From contig JBBRLJ010000044.1 in NCBI GenBank assembly GCA_038231435.1, positions 1 through 41,891 of the forward strand: 41,891 nt of DNA, given 5' to 3'. Of this stretch, positions 10,105-19,336 are shown piece by piece. The number at the start of each line of letters is the position of its first letter. Position 1 is the first letter of the stretch. The translations under genes were made by a program, and so were the position numbers. Source of the DNA: Planctomycetota bacterium. Lineage in GTDB: Bacteria; Planctomycetota; UBA11346. The notes under the pieces were generated by a model. The model was given only the letters and a program-made list of their open reading frames with translations. It did no database searches and was not told the DNA's origin.

Positions 10105-11520
10105 TCAGGCGGTCGCGCGTGCGGCCACCTGCGGGTCGAGCTGGCGCATCACTGCGAGCAGGTAGTGATGGCGCGAGATCTCGCGCGGCGCCGCGGTGCG
10201 CGCGGGATCCTCGGCAAAGCGTGTGCGCAGCCAGTCGGCTTCCAGCTCGCTTAGCAGCTGGTGGTGGTTCGCGACCACGCTCGCGTCCGCACGCCAGCCC
10301 GGATCGACTCCGAGCCGGCAGAAGTGAATCGCAAGTCGTGCCGAGAGCAGCATCGCCTCGAGGAGCTCGCCATGGCTCTCGACCGCAGCCCCGACGACCG
10401 CAGGCAGCAGTTCGGCGCCGAGCGTGAGCGTCTGGCGCGTCATCTCCATGGCGAGGCGGTGGCGATCGGGAGGCTCGTGCGGTTTCCCGTGGAGGACGAC
10501 CCACATGAGATCGTTGTGGCAGACCAGACGCGGCAGGTCGCGGCACAGGCGTATCGCCTGCGCGTTACCGTTTCCGAAGAGCATGCGTGCGATCGCGGCG
10601 CCGTCGTCGGCGGCCTCGAGGGTACCGTGCTCGTGGATGAGCGCGGCAGCGGCGATGCCGTGCAGCTGTGCGTCGCGTACATGGCGGTATGGGCACCACA
10701 GCGTGTCGATGGTGCCGACGCAGCCCTCGGCGCGCGCGTGCGCCTCCATGCGACTGACGTTCAGCAGGTTCGGGCGGTGCACATGGCCGCGTGTCGACCA
10801 GCAGGCGACGGCGGGCGCCGACCACACCGCCTTGAAGCCGGCGGCGCGCAGGCGACGCATCCCCTCGACGCTGGCGTCGTCGTCGGGGCCGTAATGCCAC
10901 GAGACGACCTCGGCGCGGCGGTCGATCCGCTCGAGCACGGTGGCGCTGTGCTCGAGATGGTCGCCCCACAGCATCGGCGTGCGCCCTTTGCTGATGACCA
11001 TGCCGATCAGCGCGTTGACGTGGTCGCTCCACACTAGCGCGGGATCGCGTCCGCGCAGGCGCTCAGCGAGCGGCGCGAGCTCGACCTCGTCGCAGCCGAT
11101 GTGCACCACCGGATCATCGAAGACCTGGCAGGTGGCGTCGATCAGCGCCGACATCGCCTCGAGGCTCTTGGGATCGGTGGGGTCGACGGCGTTGAATGAG
11201 AGATCCTTCTGGCCGACCCAGCACGAACCCCACCGAGGATGCGGTGCCAGCCAGCGGGTGTGTCCAAAGCATTCGATCTCGGGAATGACGCGGATGCCGC
11301 GCGCCTTCGCGCGCGCGAGCAGGGCGGCGACGGTCGGCAGCGACAACGCACGCGGTGAAGCGAGGTCTTCGAATCCGGGCAGTGCCACCGCCAGGCTCTC
11401 ATCGTCGCAGAAATGCAGGACTAGCCCGTCGTAGCCCCACTCGGCGAGACGGTCGACCAGGTCGAGGTACCATTCGTGCCGCTCGGTGAGACGACTGCAG
11501 TCGATGAGGAGCCAACGCAT
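10105..11520 (-). CDS. GH20-family beta-N-acetylhexosaminidase-like protein
   Basis: LIDCSR, LHFCDDES, VIPEIECFGHT, HIGCDEV (catalytic D-E pair), MLWGD, VSWHY. Confidence 0.85.
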   Translation of the reverse strand: MRWLLIDCSRLTERHEWYLDLVDRLAEWGYDGLVLHFCDDESLAVALPGFEDLASPRALSLPTVAALLARAKARGIRVIPEIECFGHTRWLAPHPRWGSCWVGQKDLSFNAVDPTDPKSLEAMSALIDATCQVFDDPVVHIGCDEVELAPLAERLRGRDPALVWSDHVNALIGMVISKGRTPMLWGDHLEHSATVLERIDRRAEVVSWHYGPDDDASVEGMRRLRAAGFKAVWSAPAVACWSTRGHVHRPNLLNVSRMEAHARAEGCVGTIDTLWCPYRHVRDAQLHGIAAAALIHEHGTLEAADDGAAIARMLFGNGNAQAIRLCRDLPRLVCHNDLMWVVLHGKPHEPPDRHRLAMEMTRQTLTLGAELLPAVVGAAVESHGELLEAMLLSARLAIHFCRLGVDPGWRADASVVANHHQLLSELEADWLRTRFAEDPARTAAPREISRHHYLLAVMRQLDPQVAARATA

Positions 11521-11567
11521 GTGTCAGGTGCTCGCTGGGGAAGGTGTGATCGGTGCCGACTTGAAGA

Positions 11568-12674
11568 TCACAGGGCGTAGCAGGGCGGGATGGCGAAATG
11601 CAGCGGCAGCAGATAGCGGACCACGCTGTCGTCGGGAAGCGCCCACGTTGCCACGGGCACCAGCCCGAAGACCAGTTCCGCCAATTCAGCGCCCGTGAGG
11701 GGCAGATCCCCGGGACCGCTCGCGTCGTCGATCAACCAGCGGCCAGCAGCGCAAGCGATGCGCACGCAGCCTGCGGCGCCACCATCGAGAACGCACGGAC
11801 GCAGGCGCGCGTCATGAGGTGGCGGGTGCGCCGCGGCCCACGCCGCCAGCAGCGGACGCAGGCGGCCGACGCGCAGCATGCAGGTCGGACGCGTGGTGAC
11901 TCCGGCGGCGAGCGCACGCACCGCCGCCAGCGCGGGTAGGTCATCGGGATCGGCCAGCATGGTGACGCCACTGTCCTTGGGATCGCGCGCGTGGTGCATC
12001 GCGACCTGATGACCGATCAGGCGCATGATCGCATCGACACTACCGTGGGCGGCCCACACTGTGCGCGCGCTCGGGTCGAGCAGGATCAGCGCGTTGCCAT
12101 CAGTCCAGCCGCATGCGCGCTTGCCTGCGAGCATGGTCTGGCGCTCGTCGGCAGCCTGGACCAGGGCGAAGGGACGGGCTGCGAGTGCCGTGGCGATCAG
12201 GGCGTCGTCGCTTGCGAGATCGAGGGCGCGGATCTCAGGCCCCGGGCCGGGCGGTGGCGCGTAGCGATCCCAGGTCAGTCCCTCGAAAACCTGGCCGCCC
12301 GGGGCGAATCCGACCCGCCCGTAGCGTTGGCGGTCACCGTAGAGCCAGAACATATCGACGTCGGGAGCCTCGAGCGCAGCGGCGAGCAAGGTGGTCATCA
12401 GCCCACGCCCGCGCGCCTCGGGCGCGGTCCCCACCTGGCCGACGCCGGCGGCGCGCAGTGGCGCGCCATGCAGGTTCACCGCGAAGCGATAGCAGCCGAC
12501 GCAGCCGAGGATCGCCCCGTTCTCGACCGTCAGCAGGTGCTGGCCGATGGCCTCGTCGGTGAAGAGGTGCGGATACTGGTTCAGGAAGCGATCGGCATCG
12601 GCCTCCTTCGCGAATGCCCGATCGAGCATGGCGCCCAGGGCGGCACGGTCGGCCGGGGTCGCGGCGCGGATCAC
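11568..12674 (-). CDS. GNAT N-acetyltransferase (Eis-like architecture)
   Basis: GVGQVGTAPEARGRGLMTTLL acetyl-CoA motif, YGRVGF. GTG start at 12674 overlaps the upstream TGA (GTGA), implying translational coupling. Confidence 0.85.
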   Translation of the reverse strand: MIRAATPADRAALGAMLDRAFAKEADADRFLNQYPHLFTDEAIGQHLLTVENGAILGCVGCYRFAVNLHGAPLRAAGVGQVGTAPEARGRGLMTTLLAAALEAPDVDMFWLYGDRQRYGRVGFAPGGQVFEGLTWDRYAPPPGPGPEIRALDLASDDALIATALAARPFALVQAADERQTMLAGKRACGWTDGNALILLDPSARTVWAAHGSVDAIMRLIGHQVAMHHARDPKDSGVTMLADPDDLPALAAVRALAAGVTTRPTCMLRVGRLRPLLAAWAAAHPPPHDARLRPCVLDGGAAGCVRIACAAGRWLIDDASGPGDLPLTGAELAELVFGLVPVATWALPDDSVVRYLLPLHFAIPPCYAL

Positions 12675-13447
12675 GGGGCCTCCGAATACGTCAGGCTGCG
12701 CACGCCGCGCTTGGATAACCAGGATGAGAAGCCCGGATCCAGCCACAGCCGCAGATCATCGAAGCGCTGAGCGGCGATCGCTCCGGCATGCTCGCGGTTG
12801 TCGGGGTGTCGTACCGGTAGCGTCTCGTCATCGGCGAAGGCGGGATGATTGACCACCAGGATGGTGCCGCCGTCGGCTTTGGCGATCCCGGCTTCGATCT
12901 CGGCGAGCGTGCTCAGCGAGCCACCGAGCTCCTCGGCATGGTGCTGGTGGTGGAAGCGGAGTCCCTGCTCTTGGCAGATCTCGCGCATGAGGTCGCCCAG
13001 GCGATGGGTCGAGCGCGCCGGCTCGTGCGCCCAGCCGAAGGCCATGTGCTCGTCAAGGTAGGCGAGTTCGAGCCCGGCCTCACGCGCCAGGCGGATCTGA
13101 GCCAGGATCTCGTCGCGGACCTGCGAGAAATCAGGGCCGCGTTGGTGCAGCGCCATGGTTGATTCCAGGAAGGTGCCGTCGGCGCGCACCAGGCTGGGAA
13201 CGCGCGCCGCGCCCAGCACCGGCCCCCAGCGCGAGTCCCGCCATTCGCTGGTGATGGTCGCGTGCAGCCCGAAGCAGATCTTGGGATTGGCCTTGGCAAG
13301 CGCGACAGCCTCGCGCCAGTGCGGGGTCGGCACCATCACCGAGACATTTCGCAGCACCCCGCCCCCCAATCCGGCGGCGATGGCGCGATTGGCGGAGCGG
13401 AAGCTGCCGAAGTCGTCGGCACGGGCGATGATGGCGGTGGCAGTCAT
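12671..13447 (-). CDS. YdjC/ChbG-family carbohydrate deacetylase
   Basis: ARADDFG, SVMVP, GLHATITSEW, YLDEHM, VNHP; ATG 13447 preceded by GGAGA. Confidence 0.9.
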   Translation of the reverse strand: MTATAIIARADDFGSFRSANRAIAAGLGGGVLRNVSVMVPTPHWREAVALAKANPKICFGLHATITSEWRDSRWGPVLGAARVPSLVRADGTFLESTMALHQRGPDFSQVRDEILAQIRLAREAGLELAYLDEHMAFGWAHEPARSTHRLGDLMREICQEQGLRFHHQHHAEELGGSLSTLAEIEAGIAKADGGTILVVNHPAFADDETLPVRHPDNREHAGAIAAQRFDDLRLWLDPGFSSWLSKRGVRSLTYSEAP

Positions 13448-13566
13448 CGATTCTCCATGGCTTGATGAGAATAGATGACCACCGGCCACCACCCATAGCA
13501 AGGCGCCAGGAGCGGTAGACCGATCAAATCCTATCGTACAGGGACGCGCGGAGAGGAATTACCTCA

Positions 13567-13605
13567 GACCCATGGGACTGACCCATGGGACTGACCCATG
13601 GGACT
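13567..13605. repeat. 3 x 13-bp tandem repeat GACCCATGGGACT
   Basis: Exact copies at 13567, 13580 and 13593, each containing the palindrome CCCATGGG; intergenic. Confidence 0.95.
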
Positions 13606-13714
13606 GTCCACGGCAGGGGCACTTTGGCGGGTGATTCTCCAGAGGACGGCGCGGCTCGTTCGGCCAGAACCTCATCGCTGGCCATCGTGACCACCCGCTC
13701 AACAGGGCACTGGG

Positions 13715-14548
13715 CTATGCCGGTGGCAGCGACCGCCCGGAACGCACCCACGTGCGCGGCGAGACTCCGTAGCGGCGCCGGAAGCTGCGCGAGAGATCGG
13801 CGGCCCCGGTGAAGCCACTACGTGTCGCGGCCTCGCCGATGCCGGCCCCGCTCGCGATCAGTTCGCTGGCGATCAGCAGACGGTCGCGCAGCAGGGCCTG
13901 CTTCGGCGTCTCACCATGATGCATGAGGAACAACTTGTGCGCGTGGCTGGGGCTGAGGCCGCTGGCTCGCACCAGATCAGACGAGGAGATCGGACGCCGG
14001 CGGTTGGCGCGCAGAAACGCGAGCATGCGCTCGACCCCCGGATGCATCGGTGTCGGCGGCGCAGCCGCCTGTTGCTCGAACTGGCCGAGCAGTTCGGCTG
14101 CAAGCCGGCAGCGCTTGTCGGATGAACGCGTGGCGATGATCGCATGCACCAGCGACTGGCTGGGCTCGAGCGGGAGCACACCTCGCCACGTACGCTGCGG
14201 CGCTTTGAGCATGAGATCCGAGGAACGCGGTAGGAATCCCTGTTCGTAGGAGGCCGATCCCGCGCGCAGCACGGCATGACGATGCCGTACACCGGCGACC
14301 AGGACGACGATCTCTCCAGGACGCAGGTCGATCATCTCCTGTCGATCCAATTCAACCCGGACCACCCCTGAAAGTCCCCCGATCACCGTCGGGATCGGGT
14401 GCGATTCGGTGATCTCGTCGGCATCGTGGGCATAGGTGTTCGCCAGCTTCACGGGAATCACCCGCACCGAGGTGATCGCGCGTGCGCAGTCGCGTAGCTG
14501 GGACCACAGCCGGGACAGCATCGGATCGAATGCCGACTGCTCAGGCAC
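13715..14548 (-). CDS. AraC-family transcriptional regulator (cupin + HTH)
   Basis: SHPIPT..GVRHRH cupin region; SGLSPSHAHKLF..GETPKQ; SGFTGAADLSRSFRRRYGVSP AraC signature. Start uncertain (GTG 14548 or ATG 14521). Confidence 0.9.
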   Translation of the reverse strand: MPEQSAFDPMLSRLWSQLRDCARAITSVRVIPVKLANTYAHDADEITESHPIPTVIGGLSGVVRVELDRQEMIDLRPGEIVVLVAGVRHRHAVLRAGSASYEQGFLPRSSDLMLKAPQRTWRGVLPLEPSQSLVHAIIATRSSDKRCRLAAELLGQFEQQAAAPPTPMHPGVERMLAFLRANRRRPISSSDLVRASGLSPSHAHKLFLMHHGETPKQALLRDRLLIASELIASGAGIGEAATRSGFTGAADLSRSFRRRYGVSPRTWVRSGRSLPPA

Positions 14549-14582
14549 GGTCCCTCCGCGCAATCGTTGCCATAGCGAGATA

Positions 14583-15491
14583 TCAACGCGCCGCGTTGAG
14601 GTCGGCGTTCATGAGGTCGAGCGCGCTGCGAGCGGCTTCCTTCCATGAGCCCGCCGTGCCCTGCCAGGCCGCAAGGATGGCGCGGCTCGAATTCACCAGG
14701 ACGCCGCCGCCTGCGGGCCTCGCGCCGGCGAGCGCGTCGTGTGCGGTACCGCCTTGCGCGCCGTAACCTGGAACCAGGAACAGGGTGTCCGGCATCACGG
14801 CGCGCAGCTGCCTAGCCTGATCGGGCCAGGTGGCGCCCACCACCGCTCCGACGTCGCTGAGTCCGCAGGCGCCTAGCCGGCCCGCGCCCCATCGTGCCAC
14901 CAATCCTGCCATGCGCTCCATGACGGAGGCTCCATCGCAGGCGAGATCCTGGAGCTCGCCGCTCGACGGATTCGAGGTCTTGACCAGCACGAACACGCCG
15001 GTGGTCGAGCCAGTTTTCTGCAGGAACGGCGCCACGCCATCGGAGCCCAGGTAGGCGTTGATGGTCAGCCAATCGGCGCACATGCCCGGCAACGCGGTGC
15101 CTTTCAGCCCCGGCGCAGAACGCAAGTAGGCTTGGGCGTAGTGCTCGGCGGTCGAGCCGATGTCGTTGCGCTTGCCGTCGACGATCACCGGGATGCCGCG
15201 GTCGCGCGCGTAGGCGACGGTCTGCTCGAGGCAGCGCATGCCGGCGGCGCCGTAGGCCTCGTAGCAGGCCAGTTGGGGCTTCACCGCTGCGCAATGGCCG
15301 TCGATCGCGTCGATGATCCCGCGATTGAAGTGCAGGAAGGCGGCGGCGACCGCTTCGGCGGTATCGCCGTGCCGCGCACACGCATCCTCGATCAGGCTCG
15401 GAGGGATCAGGGTTGGACGCGGGTCGAGCCCGATGCAGGCGATGGAATCGTGGCGGTCGATGGCCGTCTGGATGACGTCGGCGGCGTGCAT
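14583..15491 (-). CDS. pyrF: Orotidine 5'-phosphate decarboxylase (subfamily 2)
   Basis: CIGLDP, VKPQLACYE, DGKRNDIGST, LVKTSNPSS, GAVVGAT, LVPGYGAQGG, VNSSRAI; start at ATG 15491. Confidence 0.95.
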   Translation of the reverse strand: MHAADVIQTAIDRHDSIACIGLDPRPTLIPPSLIEDACARHGDTAEAVAAAFLHFNRGIIDAIDGHCAAVKPQLACYEAYGAAGMRCLEQTVAYARDRGIPVIVDGKRNDIGSTAEHYAQAYLRSAPGLKGTALPGMCADWLTINAYLGSDGVAPFLQKTGSTTGVFVLVKTSNPSSGELQDLACDGASVMERMAGLVARWGAGRLGACGLSDVGAVVGATWPDQARQLRAVMPDTLFLVPGYGAQGGTAHDALAGARPAGGGVLVNSSRAILAAWQGTAGSWKEAARSALDLMNADLNAAR

Positions 15492-15575
15492 GCCTCGACG
15501 TTCAGCCAGAGCCTCGGCAAGTCCATGGATTTCGCGCTTCGATCGGCGAGATGCCGCCGTCACGGTCGACATCGG

Positions 15576-16571
15576 CTATCTCGCTGATGCCTCGAGCGCG
15601 GTGCGGCAGGCGTAGACCACGTGCGCGGCAGCGAGCGTCGACGCGGTGGCGCGATCGGCGCCGTCGGTCGATGCCAGCTGGCAGACGAAGCCGAGCCGCG
15701 CCGCGACCGGGCGATCGACCCAGCGGCACGGACCGGACTCGGCCGCCTGCAGGCGTTCGCGGACCGATGACAGATCAGGCCAAGCGACCGCTTGGCGGTT
15801 CACCACGCGCGCCCAGGAATAGCGCGGCGCGTCGAGTTGGTAGACGGTGCCGTCAGCGGTCTCCATCGCCAGCAATTGGAAGAGGTGCTCGGGGATGACG
15901 CAGCTGATCGCCCATGGCGGCAGATCGTCGGGCTGGTGCACGGCGAGGAAACTGTCCGGCTGATGTCCGAGGCGCCGCTTCCAGGTGATCACCCCGACCT
16001 GCCCGTAGGTGTCGACCTGGAATCCGTCGCGCTCGCCGAGATGGGCGATGGTGCGCTCGACCAGGGCGACCTGCGCATCGCGCTCCGCGTCGGGCTGCTG
16101 CGATTCGCTGATGAGCGTCGGTAGGTCGGCGACGGAGCGCTCGGTAGTCCGCGTCTCCCAGCCGTCGCCGCGCGCCTGCTCGTCGCGGATCAGCTGGTGG
16201 AGGCGCAGCATCAGCCTGAACGGCTCAGGCCCTGGCCAGGCCGAGAAATCCCCGGCCTCTGCCGCGCCGATGAGCAGGCGTTCGTTGCCCGCGGCGAGCT
16301 CGGGCCGGCAGGCGATCGCGGTGGCGAGCAGGCCGTCGACGTCGATGTGGTTGTTGCACACCACATCGTAGGGGGCGAGCCAGCGTCCAGGATCGCGCGC
16401 CGCCTTGATCGCCATCTCGGTACTGGTGTCCGCGGAGATCTCGGTCGGCGCCGGAGGCGCGTCGACCCAGTGGCTGTACACCGCGGTTGCACCTTCCGCG
16501 GATCCATCGACCACCAGCGCCCTGGGGGGCGCGCGCTTCCCCGCGGCGAGGTGGAGCGGCCTCCGGCCCAT
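15576..16571 (-). CDS. Conserved hypothetical protein (DUF6687-like, possibly DHH-related)
   Basis: VDG..YSHW..ADTSTE..NNHIDVDG..GDF motif set; tightly packed behind the upstream gene. Confidence 0.65.
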   Translation of the reverse strand: MGRRPLHLAAGKRAPPRALVVDGSAEGATAVYSHWVDAPPAPTEISADTSTEMAIKAARDPGRWLAPYDVVCNNHIDVDGLLATAIACRPELAAGNERLLIGAAEAGDFSAWPGPEPFRLMLRLHQLIRDEQARGDGWETRTTERSVADLPTLISESQQPDAERDAQVALVERTIAHLGERDGFQVDTYGQVGVITWKRRLGHQPDSFLAVHQPDDLPPWAISCVIPEHLFQLLAMETADGTVYQLDAPRYSWARVVNRQAVAWPDLSSVRERLQAAESGPCRWVDRPVAARLGFVCQLASTDGADRATASTLAAAHVVYACRTALEASAR

Positions 16572-16576
16572 CGCCG

Positions 16577-18076
16577 TCAGTGCTCCTGTCGCGCCTTGGT
16601 CGCCCATTCGTCGTCGCCCTTGGCGAGCATCCCCAGCACCTTCTTGGCTTCGGGCAGGCGGTTCTCGGCGATGAAGCAGCGCGAGATCAGGTACATCGCC
16701 TCGCGCGCCTCGGGAGCGCCGGCGCGGATGCGCGAGAGCGCCGCGAGCGCGGGGCCGTGGCTCTTGAGCGCGATCAGCGCGCGGCCCTGGCGCAGGCGCG
16801 CGGCGTCGTTGATCGATTCCGACGGCAGTGCGGCGACGGTGTCGATGATGCGCTGCTGCTCGCCCTTGTCCTGGAGCAATTGCAGCTCCTCGGCGATGGC
16901 CACGCGCGCCTGGCCGCTGTTGTGCAGGCGATGATAGGTGGCGAGCGCGGCGTCGCTGTCGCCGGCCTTGGCCTGTTCGCGGGCTTTCTCGAGCACCACT
17001 TCCGCGCCAGGATTCGGGATGAAGTGCGTATCCTCGACGACCGGCGCGGCTTCCGGCTCTTCATCGGGCGCGGCTTGGGGACGCCGGTCGGGCTTGAAGC
17101 CGTGCGGGGCGTCGCTCGGATCGCTCGCGTGCTGGTAGTCCGCTTCGACGTTGCCGTCGGCCACCAGTGCGCCGTCGGCGGGATTCGACAGCGTCGGATC
17201 GGCGTTGGGTGCGATGATGTCGGGTTTGTTCGGATCGGCCGAGGCCGTCGCCGGTTCGACCGCGTCCTGGAGCGGCCGATCACCGTGTGTGGTAGCGCCG
17301 CTCGCCGGCTTGGCCGCCGAGTCGCCGCCACCAACGGGTTTGGCCACCGGCTCGATCTCGGCGATCGAGGGTAGGCTGCTGACCGCCTTCTTCACTTCGA
17401 CGTTGGGATCCGGCGGAGCCGGCAGGGTGACGGTCTTCACCTCCGAGGTGGCGATGTTCTTCGCCTGATCCTTGGCCACCACGCGCACCAGCACCGCGCG
17501 GGTATCGCGGGTCACCGGCACGGTGATCTTGGCCGAGCCCTGGGACTGGCCGGGGAATGACAGCGGCCAGCTGGCGCCGTTGTCGCCGCTCGCCTCGATC
17601 GCAACCGGATCGGTTCCGAAATTCGCATCGCTGGCGGACCAGGTCACCTGCACGACCGCGCGATCCGGCGCGGCCTTGTCGAGCGTGGCGGCCAGCGAGC
17701 CGATCACCGGCTTGAAGGTGTCGACGGTCAGGTAGAGCGCTTTCTCGGGGATGATTCCGGGCTGCGGATCCTTCTCGGTGGTGCCGTTGCGCCAGACGGC
17801 GCGCGTGACGATGATGTACGAGCCATCGGTCGGCGGCCGGAATTCGAAGCGCGGAGGAACCTTGGCGTCCGTGGCGACCGGCATCTCCTGCGCCAGGCTC
17901 CAGCTCTTGCCTTCGTCCGAGCTGACGAAGAAGCGGGCCTTCGCCACCACCGAGAGATCCGGCGCGTTGAGCGAGATCGGCTGCGGCACGTTGGTGTAGT
18001 TCATCCGCTCGGCGGCGGCGCCCAGCGGGGCGAGAGCGATGAGCGTCAGCAAGGATCTGGAGGCGGTGCGCATCAT
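16577..18076 (-). CDS. Secreted protein: beta-rich N-terminal domains, Pro/Ala/Asp-rich linker, C-terminal TPR-like helices
   Basis: Signal peptide MMRTASRSLLTLIALAPLGAAA; SSDEGKSW and SGDNGASW Asp-box-like motifs; C-terminal A..L.GRA / EAMYLISRC helices. Confidence 0.7.
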   Translation of the reverse strand: MMRTASRSLLTLIALAPLGAAAERMNYTNVPQPISLNAPDLSVVAKARFFVSSDEGKSWSLAQEMPVATDAKVPPRFEFRPPTDGSYIIVTRAVWRNGTTEKDPQPGIIPEKALYLTVDTFKPVIGSLAATLDKAAPDRAVVQVTWSASDANFGTDPVAIEASGDNGASWPLSFPGQSQGSAKITVPVTRDTRAVLVRVVAKDQAKNIATSEVKTVTLPAPPDPNVEVKKAVSSLPSIAEIEPVAKPVGGGDSAAKPASGATTHGDRPLQDAVEPATASADPNKPDIIAPNADPTLSNPADGALVADGNVEADYQHASDPSDAPHGFKPDRRPQAAPDEEPEAAPVVEDTHFIPNPGAEVVLEKAREQAKAGDSDAALATYHRLHNSGQARVAIAEELQLLQDKGEQQRIIDTVAALPSESINDAARLRQGRALIALKSHGPALAALSRIRAGAPEAREAMYLISRCFIAENRLPEAKKVLGMLAKGDDEWATKARQEH

Positions 18077-18192
18077 ACGTATTCCGACGGATATCGTCGG
18101 CCTCGCGAGTGTGTGGTCGGGGCAGGGCCCACGCAAAGAGCGATCGCCCGTCCGGTCGGTTCGCCGGCATCTGGCTGGGCTCAAGCGCCGGA

Positions 18193-19284
18193 CTATACGG
18201 GCGAGGGGGGAGATGCCAATCGCGCACCGTGGCCGCGAGGCACCACCGTGGCCAACAGCGTCTCGAGCACCGCCAAGCTGGCCGGATCGGGCGCGGTGGC
18301 CGATTCCAACGCCCACATGCGGGGCGGCTGGCCGGCGGTCATGAGCGCCTCGAGCTTGACCCGATCCTTCGGGGTCATGACCACCTGCGCTCCGAGACGC
18401 GCCGACTCGACGCGGATCAGCTCGGCGTCGGCGCGCGTGTAGCGGTGATGATCGGGAAACCGCAACGAGGCCACCGCCGACAGCCCATCCCTGAGCGCGG
18501 TGAGCTCGAAGGCCCTGGGATTGCCGATCCCGCTCACCAGCAGGATGGGGCCCGACAGATCGGCCGGGGCGCGCCGTTCGAGGGTGTGCAGCTCGCTCAG
18601 CGAGCCGGGACCCTGGTCGGCGCGCAGCACCGGCGGTCCGATGCGCGAGAGTTCTGCGATCAGGCGATCGCGTTCACTGCTGGGTACCAGATCGGCGCGC
18701 GTCAACCACAGCAGGCCTGCGCGCCGCAAAGCGCTCCGGCCCTCGCGCAGACGCCCGAGCGGCAGCACCGCGCCGCCGCCCCACGGATCGGTGGCATCGA
18801 TCAGGACGATGTCGAGGTCTCGATGCAGCTGGCGGTGCTGGAAGCCGTCGTCGAGCAGCAGGCAGTCGGCCGCGCTCCCCACCGGCTGCGGAGAGATCGC
18901 GCGCCGCCCGCCGCGCAGGCGATCCGGATCGCACACCACCGGCACGCCTTCCATCAGCTGGGCTTCGTCGTTCCTTTCGCCATCACCGCGGTATCCGCGG
19001 CTGAGCACCGCGGGCCGCGCGCCGCGCGCGAGCAGGAGTCGCGCCACCAGCAGGGTCGCCGGGGTCTTCCCGGTTCCTCCGGCCGTGAGATTGCCGATCG
19101 ACACCACGGGCACCGGAAGGTGCCGAGCCCGTCGGGCTCCGCAATCGAACAAGGCGTTGCGCAACCCGACCGCTGGCCGGTACCCCAGCCAGGCCGGCGC
19201 GAGCAGCCATCGCCAGGCGCTGCCCGGCAGTTCCTCGATCGATCTGCCGCGCAGCCTGACGATGCGCATCGGTTCGCCGCTCAT
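18193..19284 (-). CDS. lpxK: Tetraacyldisaccharide 4'-kinase
   Basis: PVVSIGNLTAGGTGKTP, LSRGY, LLDDGFQH, LPLGRLRE, FPDHHRY, TPKDRVK. Confidence 0.95.
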   Translation of the reverse strand: MSGEPMRIVRLRGRSIEELPGSAWRWLLAPAWLGYRPAVGLRNALFDCGARRARHLPVPVVSIGNLTAGGTGKTPATLLVARLLLARGARPAVLSRGYRGDGERNDEAQLMEGVPVVCDPDRLRGGRRAISPQPVGSAADCLLLDDGFQHRQLHRDLDIVLIDATDPWGGGAVLPLGRLREGRSALRRAGLLWLTRADLVPSSERDRLIAELSRIGPPVLRADQGPGSLSELHTLERRAPADLSGPILLVSGIGNPRAFELTALRDGLSAVASLRFPDHHRYTRADAELIRVESARLGAQVVMTPKDRVKLEALMTAGQPPRMWALESATAPDPASLAVLETLLATVVPRGHGARLASPPSPV

Positions 19285-19336
19285 GGGCCGCGGGTGGGAG
19301 CGGTGTCCGGGCGGCCGCTGCCCGCCGCGGCCTGGG

